A stretch of 64,000 bases of DNA, taken from contig CAYWRM010000002.1 in assembly GCA_964460905.1 (NCBI GenBank), forward strand, positions 91,173-155,172, read 5' to 3'. This document shows, piece after piece, positions 56,911 through 64,000 of this stretch (its first letter is position 1; each line of letters opens with the position of its first letter). Under the pieces are notes generated by a model. That model saw only the letters and a program-made list of their open reading frames with translations. It was not told where the DNA came from and made no database searches. Source of the stretch: an uncultured Lentimicrobiaceae bacterium. GTDB taxonomy: Bacteria; Bacteroidota; Bacteroidia; Bacteroidales; F082. The position numbers were made by a program, and so were the translations under genes.

Positions 56911-57646
56911 GATTGAAATTTGTGCTAATTCTGTTATATCTGCAATAGCTGCAGAAAAAGGAGGTGCCGATAGGGTTGAACTTTGTGATAACCTATACGA
57001 AGGCGGCACTACTCCATCACCCGGAATGATATTTCAAACAAAATTAGTTACCTCTCTTAATGTGTTTCCTATTATTCGCCCTCGTGGGGGCGATTTCCTT
57101 TATTCAAAAGATGAAATGGATGTGATGTTAAAGGATATTGAAGTAGCATATAATATAGGTGCTGATGGTATTGTTATAGGTTGCTTAAGGGCCAATGGTA
57201 AAATTGATTATGAAAAGTGCTCTCGATTAATTGAAGCTGCTAAAGGACTACCAATAACCTTTCATCGGGCATTTGATATGACTATAGATGCCTTCGAGGC
57301 ATTAGATACATGTATGAAGCTTGGTTTAAGCAGGGTTCTTACTTCCGGGCAAAAAAACAAAGCAATTAATGGTGTTTCTTTAATCGCTGAATTGGTAAGG
57401 CATGCCGGAAACAATGTTATTATTATGCCTGGAAGTGGAATTTCAGAGGATAATATACAATATTTAGCAGGGCAAACTAAAGCTAAAGCGTTTCATCTGT
57501 CGTTACGAAATAGTTATGAAAGCGGAATGGAATTTAGAAGAAATGATATTTATATGGGAGGAACTGAAGAAATACCTGAATTTGCACATAAATATACAAG
57601 TGCTGAAAGAGTTAGCGCATTAATTGCCCAAATTGAAAATATGTAG
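56891..57646 (+). CDS. cutC: copper homeostasis protein CutC
   Basis: EICANSV.SAIAAEKGGADRVELC, IRPRGGDFLYS, HRAFD and TSGQ motifs. 251 aa. Confidence 0.85.
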   Translation: MKRNQFEIEICANSVISAIAAEKGGADRVELCDNLYEGGTTPSPGMIFQTKLVTSLNVFPIIRPRGGDFLYSKDEMDVMLKDIEVAYNIGADGIVIGCLRANGKIDYEKCSRLIEAAKGLPITFHRAFDMTIDAFEALDTCMKLGLSRVLTSGQKNKAINGVSLIAELVRHAGNNVIIMPGSGISEDNIQYLAGQTKAKAFHLSLRNSYESGMEFRRNDIYMGGTEEIPEFAHKYTSAERVSALIAQIENM

Positions 57647-57712
57647 TAATCACCTCTTGTTAATTATTTAACAATAATTCATAATTATACTTATTTGCCA
57701 ATTATTTTCTAT

Positions 57713-57720
57713 TAATTTTG
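57713..57720 (+). promoter_or_regulatory. candidate -7 promoter element TAatTTTG upstream of mutA
   Basis: Exact TAnnTTTG match 26 nt before the mutA ATG. Confidence 0.3.
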
Positions 57721-57745
57721 CTCCAAATTAAAAATCATTATTCTT

Positions 57746-59614
57746 ATGAATAAAGAGAAACTTTTTGGAGAATTTCCTCCTGTTTCAAACGAGGAATGGA
57801 AGGAAAAAATAATTAAGGATCTTAAAGGTGCTGATTACGATAAGAAATTGATCTGGAACACCCGTGAAGGATTTAAAGTACAACCTTATTATAGAAGCGA
57901 GGATTTGAATAGCTTTCCTCACATGAATACATATCCCGGCAGTTTTCCTTATGTTAGAGGAAATCAAATTAAGCATAATAACTGGCTTATTCGCCAGGAT
58001 ATTAAAGTTGGAAATATTGAAGAAGCCAACAAAAAAGCGTTGAAAATAAGGCTTAAAGGTGTTGATTCTTTGGGGTTTTATTTTGATGATAATTTTGAAC
58101 CTGATGTTGAAAGTATAGAAAATCTTTGTCAGAATATTCGTGCTGATATCATGGAGATGAATTTCAATACCAGTTATCCTCTGGAAACCCTTAAGGCCAT
58201 TGATCTGCTAGTAAAAAAATATAATCGTGACCTTGAAAAGGTAAAGGGATGTGTTGAATATGACCCAATTGGAGATTTCTCATTAACAGGTAAATTCCAA
58301 ATTTCTGAAGAGCAGGATCTTGCAATGTTGTTGAAGTTACATTCTGCTTCAGTACATCTGCTAAAGTTTCAGTATTTGAACATTAATGCTTCTATTTTCA
58401 ATAATTCGGGAGGAAGTATTGTAAGCGAACTTGCTTTTTCAATGGCTATTGCAGCTGAATATCTTACCTATCTCACTAATAACAATTTGGAAATCGATGA
58501 GGTTTCATCTCGTATTCGTTTTCATTTTTCAGTGGGGTCTGATTATTTCATGGAAATTGCAAAGTTCAGGGCAGCGAAATACCTTTGGGCAAAACTGGTA
58601 AATGCATATGGACTGAATGATGCTTCAAATGCAAGTATGAATATTCATTGTAGTAATTCTGTTTGTAATAAAACAATTTACGATCCATATGTAAATATGC
58701 TACGTACAACAACCGAAACTATGTCGGCTGTATTGGGTGGTGTTAATTCGATGAGTGTAATACCATTTAATTCGGTTTATGAAACCGAAACTGAGTTCTC
58801 AGAACGGATAGCTCGCAATCAGCAACTTGTGATAAAAGGTGAATCATATTTTGATAAGATTGCAGATGTAGGTGCAGGTTCATATTACATCGAAAGCCTT
58901 ACAGATAAACTTATTCAGAATGCCTGGAAACTATTTTTAAAAATTGATGATGAGGGTGGATATATTAAAGCTTTCCGTAAAGGAATTATTCAGAATATTG
59001 TTAATGAAGAAGCTGTTAAATTGAATACTGACATTGCCACACGAAGGAAGTCAATACTAGGAATAAATCAATATCCAAATGCAACTGAATATTTTAATTC
59101 TAAAGTTGAATTTCCAAAGAAAAAAACTAAAACTGGCAGTGCAGAAGCTGAACCTCTTGTAATTTATCGTGGAGCAGAACAACTGGAAGAATTGCGATTC
59201 AAAACCGATGAGTTTGCCTTGAGTAATAAACGACCTGTTGTTTGGATATTTACTTATGGAAATCTGTCAATGCGAAAAGCAAGATCACAATTTGCGAACA
59301 ACTTTTTTGGTTGTGCAGGCTTTGAGGTTGTGGATAATCCTGGATTTAAAAGTATTGAAGAAGGTATAGATACTGCTAAAGACTCAAATCCTGAAATTGT
59401 AGTTATTTGTAGTTCTGATGATGAATATGCAAATATAGTTGAGCCAATTTATAATGCATTAAATAAAGATGCAATTGTTGTTGTAGCGGGATACCCCAAA
59501 AATTTAATTACAGGATTTAATGAACTTGGGATAACTAACTTTATTCACGTAAAAAGCAATTTGCTGGAAGAATTAACCAGGTATCAGGAGTTAGTTCTAA
59601 GAAATAAAAATTAA
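57746..59614 (+). CDS. mutA: methylmalonyl-CoA mutase small (beta) subunit
   Basis: 622 aa mutase fold (FPYVRG, RIARNQQL) lacking the DxHxxG cobalamin-binding His motif. It sits directly upstream of the catalytic subunit. Confidence 0.8.
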   Translation: MNKEKLFGEFPPVSNEEWKEKIIKDLKGADYDKKLIWNTREGFKVQPYYRSEDLNSFPHMNTYPGSFPYVRGNQIKHNNWLIRQDIKVGNIEEANKKALKIRLKGVDSLGFYFDDNFEPDVESIENLCQNIRADIMEMNFNTSYPLETLKAIDLLVKKYNRDLEKVKGCVEYDPIGDFSLTGKFQISEEQDLAMLLKLHSASVHLLKFQYLNINASIFNNSGGSIVSELAFSMAIAAEYLTYLTNNNLEIDEVSSRIRFHFSVGSDYFMEIAKFRAAKYLWAKLVNAYGLNDASNASMNIHCSNSVCNKTIYDPYVNMLRTTTETMSAVLGGVNSMSVIPFNSVYETETEFSERIARNQQLVIKGESYFDKIADVGAGSYYIESLTDKLIQNAWKLFLKIDDEGGYIKAFRKGIIQNIVNEEAVKLNTDIATRRKSILGINQYPNATEYFNSKVEFPKKKTKTGSAEAEPLVIYRGAEQLEELRFKTDEFALSNKRPVVWIFTYGNLSMRKARSQFANNFFGCAGFEVVDNPGFKSIEEGIDTAKDSNPEIVVICSSDDEYANIVEPIYNALNKDAIVVVAGYPKNLITGFNELGITNFIHVKSNLLEELTRYQELVLRNKN

Positions 59615-59722
59615 GGCTAAGTTTGAGGCTAAGATGATCTCAATACTCAACCTTAATCTCAATCTCAAAAACTTAACCACATTAAATAATAAAATCATTG
59701 TACCATTACATAATTGATAACG

Positions 59723-61876
59723 ATGAAACCAAACTTTAAAAATATAGATATCAACAGCAATCCTAAACAAAGTAAGGATAATACTCATTGGGAAGCTGAT
59801 AATAATATTGCAGCCGATTGGAAAACACCGGAACAAATTGATATAAAATCTGTTTATACTTCTTCTGATTTAGATGGCATGGATCACTTAGAATATGCTG
59901 CTGGAATACCTCCATATTTACGCGGACCTTATTCAACAATGTATGTTACCCGTCCATGGACAATCAGGCAATATGCAGGTTTTTCAACAGCCGAAGAATC
60001 AAATGCATTTTACCGTCGAAACCTGGCTGCCGGTCAAAAAGGTTTGTCAGTAGCTTTCGACTTGGCTACTCATCGAGGTTACGACTCAGATCATGAGCGT
60101 GTTGAAGGTGATGTGGGAAAAGCAGGTGTTGCGATTGACTCCATCCTTGATATGCAGATATTATTTGACCAAATACCGTTAGACAAAATATCAGTTTCAA
60201 TGACTATGAATGGAGCTGTTTTGCCGGTATTGGCTTTTTATATAGTTGCAGCTCTTGAGCAAGGGGCAAGTCTGGAAGAACTGCAAGGAACCATTCAAAA
60301 TGATATTCTAAAAGAGTTTATGGTTCGTAACACGTATATTTATCCTCCACTACCATCAATGCGAATAATCTCTGATATTTTTGAATATACTTCGCATAAG
60401 ATGCCAAAATTTAATTCCATTTCTATTTCGGGTTATCACATACAGGAAGCGGGAGGAACGGCTGATATTGAACTTGCCTACACACTTGCTGATGGTCTTG
60501 ATTATATCCGAACAGGTCTTAAATCAGGATTAAAAATTGATGATTTTGCACCCAGACTTTCGTTTTTCTGGGGTTCAGGTATGAATCATTTTATGGAAAT
60601 AGCAAAATTACGTGCCGGACGTATGTTATGGGCTAAGATTGTGAAGGAATTTAATCCCAAAAATCCGAAGTCGATGGCATTGAGAACCCACACTCAAACA
60701 TCCGGATGGAGCCTTACGGAGCAAGATCCGTTTAACAATGTTGCAAGAACGTGTGTTGAAGCAATGGCGGCAACTCTCGGGCATACTCAATCACTTCATA
60801 CCAATGCGTTGGATGAAGCAATTGCACTCCCTACAGATTTCTCTGCGCGAATAGCTCGTAATACACAGCTGTATTTACAAGAAGAAACAGATATTTGTCG
60901 TTCGGTTGACCCATGGGCAGGATCATATTATGTTGAAAGCTTAACCCATGAGCTGGCTAATAAAGCCTGGCAGTTAATCCAGGAGATTGAAGAAATGGGT
61001 GGTATGTCAAAGGCAATTGAAACAGGCTTGCCAAAAATGAGGATTGAAGAAGCCGCCGCACGTAAACAAGCTCGTATTGATGCCCATAAAGATGTGATTG
61101 TGGGAGTTAACAAATATAAGCTTGATAAAGAAGATCCACTTGATACTCTTGAAATTGACAACACCGCAGTTCGTGAGTCTCAGTTGGAAAGATTGGCAAA
61201 ATTACGTGCTGAGCGTAATAGTAAAAAAGTTCAACAAAATCTTGATGCGATTACAAAGGCATGTGAAACAGGCGAAGGAAATTTATTGGAATTAGCAGTT
61301 GAAGCAGCAAAAAATCGTGCAAGTCTCGGAGAAATTTCGTATGCTTGCGAAAAAATTATGGGAAGATATAAAGCAGTTATAAGATCTATATCGGGAGTGT
61401 ATGCATCAGAAGCAGGAAATGATGCGTCATTTAAACAAGCTCATGAGCTTGCAGATGAGTTTGCCAAATTGGATGGCCGCCGACCAAGGATTATGATTGC
61501 CAAAATGGGTCAGGATGGGCATGATAGAGGAGCAAAAGTTGTTGCCACAGGTTATGCTGATATTGGCTTTGATGTTGATATTGGACCATTATTCCAAACT
61601 CCTGCAGAAGCTGCAAAGCAAGCTGTTGAGAATGATGTTCATATTCTTGGGGTTTCCAGCCTTGCGGCAGGCCACAAAACACTTGTTCCACAAGCTATTG
61701 AAGAATTAAAGAAGCTTGGCCGTGAAGATATTATGGTTATTGTTGGTGGAGTAATCCCACCTCAGGATTATCAGTTTCTTTATGATTCAGGTGTTGTTGC
61801 AATTTTTGGTCCCGGTACTGTTATTTCGGAGGCCGGTGTTAGTATGCTTAATTTACTTATTGAGGCAAAGAAGTAG
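59723..61876 (+). CDS. mutB: methylmalonyl-CoA mutase large (alpha) subunit
   Basis: [30 protein letters not shown], and a C-terminal B12-binding domain with [11 protein letters not shown] (DxHxxG). Start taken at the ATG at 59723. Confidence 0.9.
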   Translation: MKPNFKNIDINSNPKQSKDNTHWEADNNIAADWKTPEQIDIKSVYTSSDLDGMDHLEYAAGIPPYLRGPYSTMYVTRPWTIRQYAGFSTAEESNAFYRRNLAAGQKGLSVAFDLATHRGYDSDHERVEGDVGKAGVAIDSILDMQILFDQIPLDKISVSMTMNGAVLPVLAFYIVAALEQGASLEELQGTIQNDILKEFMVRNTYIYPPLPSMRIISDIFEYTSHKMPKFNSISISGYHIQEAGGTADIELAYTLADGLDYIRTGLKSGLKIDDFAPRLSFFWGSGMNHFMEIAKLRAGRMLWAKIVKEFNPKNPKSMALRTHTQTSGWSLTEQDPFNNVARTCVEAMAATLGHTQSLHTNALDEAIALPTDFSARIARNTQLYLQEETDICRSVDPWAGSYYVESLTHELANKAWQLIQEIEEMGGMSKAIETGLPKMRIEEAAARKQARIDAHKDVIVGVNKYKLDKEDPLDTLEIDNTAVRESQLERLAKLRAERNSKKVQQNLDAITKACETGEGNLLELAVEAAKNRASLGEISYACEKIMGRYKAVIRSISGVYASEAGNDASFKQAHELADEFAKLDGRRPRIMIAKMGQDGHDRGAKVVATGYADIGFDVDIGPLFQTPAEAAKQAVENDVHILGVSSLAAGHKTLVPQAIEELKKLGREDIMVIVGGVIPPQDYQFLYDSGVVAIFGPGTVISEAGVSMLNLLIEAKK

Positions 61877-61886
61877 TTTTAAATTT

Positions 61887-61993
61887 TTTTTACTAGTTTA
61901 AGTTTGCAACTTAAACTATATACTAGCTTAAGTTTATAACTTAAGCTAAACATGTACTTCATAGGTATTAAGTTACAAACTTAATCCAGTAAT
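61887..61993. repeat. REP-like palindrome module, left of RAYT (hairpins A1, A2, B)
   Basis: A1 61894..61918 (tagtttaagtt-tgc-aacttaaacta), A2 61924..61948 (tagcttaagtt-tat-aacttaagcta) and B 61967..61985 (attaagtt-aca-aacttaat). B is an inverted version of the A core. Confidence 0.8.
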
Positions 61994-62005
61994 AGGAGGA
62001 GGATT

Positions 62006-62557
62006 TCAATCTATTAGCTCCAGAGGAATTAACCCTTTCCCACCAATATAATCAACAGCACTACTATGGACATAGTATTCTGCCTGGTCAACTATATTTA
62101 CCTTAACAGGATTATTATGTAGATAGTCCAATCTCTGATCTATCATTTTATTTGTATCTAATTCAATTGGGTGGTTGTCTTGCTGCCAAAACTGGATCTC
62201 CTTATTGTTTGGATTTTTTATGCCATGACTTTTGAAAATCTTCATCATCCACTTTTTTCGACTTTCATCAATATTGGTTTCAATTTCTTTGATTATTCTT
62301 TTTGAAGTAAACTTCTTCATATCCCTAAAAATATCTGGCAAATTATGTTTTGGACGGGAAGATATTATAAAATGAACATGATTACTCATTATAACCCAAG
62401 CATGTAGAACTAGGCCTTTATGCTTAATTGCATATATTAAGCTGCCAGCAACTATGTCTTTGTATATTGGCCTTGTAAAAACATCAATCCAGTCAACAAC
62501 AGTCATTGTGACGAAATAGGTGCCTTCCGGGTCATGAAATTTATATTTACTTGCCAT
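62006..62557 (-). CDS. IS200-like Y1/HUH transposase of the REP-associated (RAYT) type
   Basis: HUH motif in SNHVHFII and catalytic Tyr context DYLHNNPVK. 183 aa from the ATG at 62557 (MASKYKFHDPEGTYFVT). It is flanked by REP-like hairpins rather than IS ends. Confidence 0.75.
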   Translation of the reverse strand: MASKYKFHDPEGTYFVTMTVVDWIDVFTRPIYKDIVAGSLIYAIKHKGLVLHAWVIMSNHVHFIISSRPKHNLPDIFRDMKKFTSKRIIKEIETNIDESRKKWMMKIFKSHGIKNPNNKEIQFWQQDNHPIELDTNKMIDQRLDYLHNNPVKVNIVDQAEYYVHSSAVDYIGGKGLIPLELID

Positions 62558-62573
62558 GATTACTATTTTGTCT

Positions 62574-62648
62574 TTTACTAGTTTAAGTTTGTAACTTAAA
62601 CTCAATATGTGCTTTATATGGATTAAGTTACAAACTTAATCCAGTAAT
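62574..62648. repeat. REP-like palindrome module, right of RAYT (hairpins A, B), direct copy of the left module
   Basis: 62574..62603 matches 61887..61916 at 29 of 30 nt, and 62622..62648 is identical to 61967..61993. The spacer between them is also similar. Confidence 0.8.
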
Positions 62649-62679
62649 GTGTTGCAAGGCAACTACCCTCGTGATATTA

Positions 62680-63987
62680 TTACCTTCTAATAATAATACG
62701 TTTGGTAACTACTCCGCTTTCGGTTTCAATTTTAACAAGATATATTCCTTCTTGATATAAATTAGTGTTTAACTCAACTTTAGTATCACAGTTTACATCT
62801 TCAACATAAACTATCTGCCCAATATAGTTGTTTACAGTTATACGTATCATTTCATGCATTGATGTAATAGTAATATAATTTGATGTAGGGTTAGGATACA
62901 ATGATACTTCATTTTCTCCTAATTCATTAATACCGTCCCATAAATAAGCACATGCTTCGTTTGAAGGGTCTGACTCACAATTGGTATATACAGAAGTTAC
63001 AGTAAAACAATGGTAACTATCACCTATTGATGGATAATCATAGGTATTATTAGGCCAAAGTGTTTCTATTAATTCCCCATACAGATATATATTATAACCA
63101 AAGAATAATTTTGTTTGTTTGTTGTCAACAGGTCTTTCAACCTTAGCAGAAACATGATTAGATACAGCTATTGCAGAACTATTATTAAGAGCATTAGCAG
63201 GACTTAATACAGTAGAGCTAGGTACAACATCAGCACTTAAATTACCATATGTAACAAAAGCCTCATGGCTACCAACATAGTAGTATCCCCATGTACCTAA
63301 TTCAGTAAAATCTCCCGGTGATCCAAAGTATAAAGTACCATCATAAAAGCTGTCATCAACACCTACATATGGTCCATTTGGTAGTACGTTTGCCGTGTAT
63401 ACCATAAATGTACCTGATTCGAGAGTAATATCATCAACATCAATAGTTACCCATGTATCACCAGGTTCTCCGGTAACACTATATGGTCCTGCCAATATTG
63501 TAGAACCATCTCCGGTCAATACATATACTTCATTCTCTTGATCAGGATAAAAATAGGCCGTATTATAATATCTAACTTCTGTTACTGTTACTGGATATTC
63601 CACTGGTGTAAACATCTGAGCCAATCCATCTCCTCCTGCTGTTGAACATAATCCATTCTCAAATGTTCCATCGTTATAGGATATCCATTCTGCTACCGGT
63701 GGGGGTGGTGGCTGATCCCAAGAAAGATGAATAACATAATACCAACAATCCTCTTCTGCAGTTAAATTCCTTGGAGGGATACAATCATCTTTAGTTTGAA
63801 TACTAACATTGCTTAATGTTGCATCAGAGTTAATGCTTATGCTTTCCTGTCCGTTCGTAAATGTATCATCTGCCTGTATTGCCCGGTTATTATTACTTGC
63901 CCTAGTGGTACTACTTGCAACTTGAGCTACTGTATTTAGCCCAAAACTTACGAGTATTACTAGTAGGATGGTTTTTGTGGGTTTCAT
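62680..63987 (-). CDS. secreted hypothetical protein with T9SS C-terminal sorting domain
   Basis: Signal peptide, a PPPPP linker, a beta-rich body, and the C-terminal sorting pattern VSLYPNPTSNYITI...GIYLVKIETE. Confidence 0.6.
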   Translation of the reverse strand: MKPTKTILLVILVSFGLNTVAQVASSTTRASNNNRAIQADDTFTNGQESISINSDATLSNVSIQTKDDCIPPRNLTAEEDCWYYVIHLSWDQPPPPPVAEWISYNDGTFENGLCSTAGGDGLAQMFTPVEYPVTVTEVRYYNTAYFYPDQENEVYVLTGDGSTILAGPYSVTGEPGDTWVTIDVDDITLESGTFMVYTANVLPNGPYVGVDDSFYDGTLYFGSPGDFTELGTWGYYYVGSHEAFVTYGNLSADVVPSSTVLSPANALNNSSAIAVSNHVSAKVERPVDNKQTKLFFGYNIYLYGELIETLWPNNTYDYPSIGDSYHCFTVTSVYTNCESDPSNEACAYLWDGINELGENEVSLYPNPTSNYITITSMHEMIRITVNNYIGQIVYVEDVNCDTKVELNTNLYQEGIYLVKIETESGVVTKRIIIRR

Positions 63988-64000
63988 TGTTACATGTATT

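Noticed and set aside
57647-57745. Cobalamin riboswitch upstream of methylmalonyl-CoA mutase
   Set aside because: The 99-nt leader is almost pure A/T with no B12-box-like GCCACTG element or GC-rich helices.
62558-62605. 16-codon N-terminal extension of the RAYT ORF in the track
   Set aside because: The extension (MSLSYKLKLVKDKIVI) is the translation of REP hairpin A. The conserved family N-terminus begins at the ATG at 62557 (MASKYKFHDPEG).

Overview
AT-rich segment (roughly one-third GC by eye) that looks like chromosome from a member of Bacteroidota. Evidence: three secreted proteins end in T9SS-type C-terminal sorting domains, TAnnTTTG -7 promoter motifs sit upstream of several genes, and the gene content fits. 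Most of the window is syntenic-looking housekeeping: uvrC, lptB, kdsD/kpsF, recQ, deoC, ispE, holA, rsmD, dnaG, asnS, rpoN, prfB (classic +1 frameshift site), recX, mdh, cutC and methylmalonyl-CoA mutase mutA/mutB. It also holds one tRNA-Pro(CGG), an OmpR/HK pair, an ECF sigma/anti-sigma pair, an MBOAT/AlgJ-like acyltransferase pair and a penicillin-acylase-family Ntn hydrolase. Non-core signals are: (1) a 19-nt exact copy of the tRNA-Pro 3' end 144 nt downstream of the tRNA, with a decayed tyrosine-integrase C-terminal fragment (catalytic Tyr read as Cys) about 3.5 kb further on, lying between two very large orphan hybrid sensor kinases (971 and 1726 aa); (2) an IS200-like/RAYT-type HUH transposase gene bracketed by direct copies of a REP-doublet module, including a tandem hairpin pair with a compensatory base-pair change; (3) an array of three GGATT(T)-N-(A)AATCC palindromes followed by a perfect 29-bp inverted repeat between dnaG and asnS; (4) a 5'-truncated acyl-CoA ligase remnant and a secreted endonuclease I fusion protein that lacks a sorting domain; (5) an unannotated 49-aa zinc-ribbon ORF forming a terminated bicistron with a 60-aa ORF. 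I found no CRISPR array, no rRNA and no convincing multi-gene defence or toxin system. The novelty candidates are small elements and decayed mobile DNA, and all family assignments come from motif recognition by eye, without database searches.
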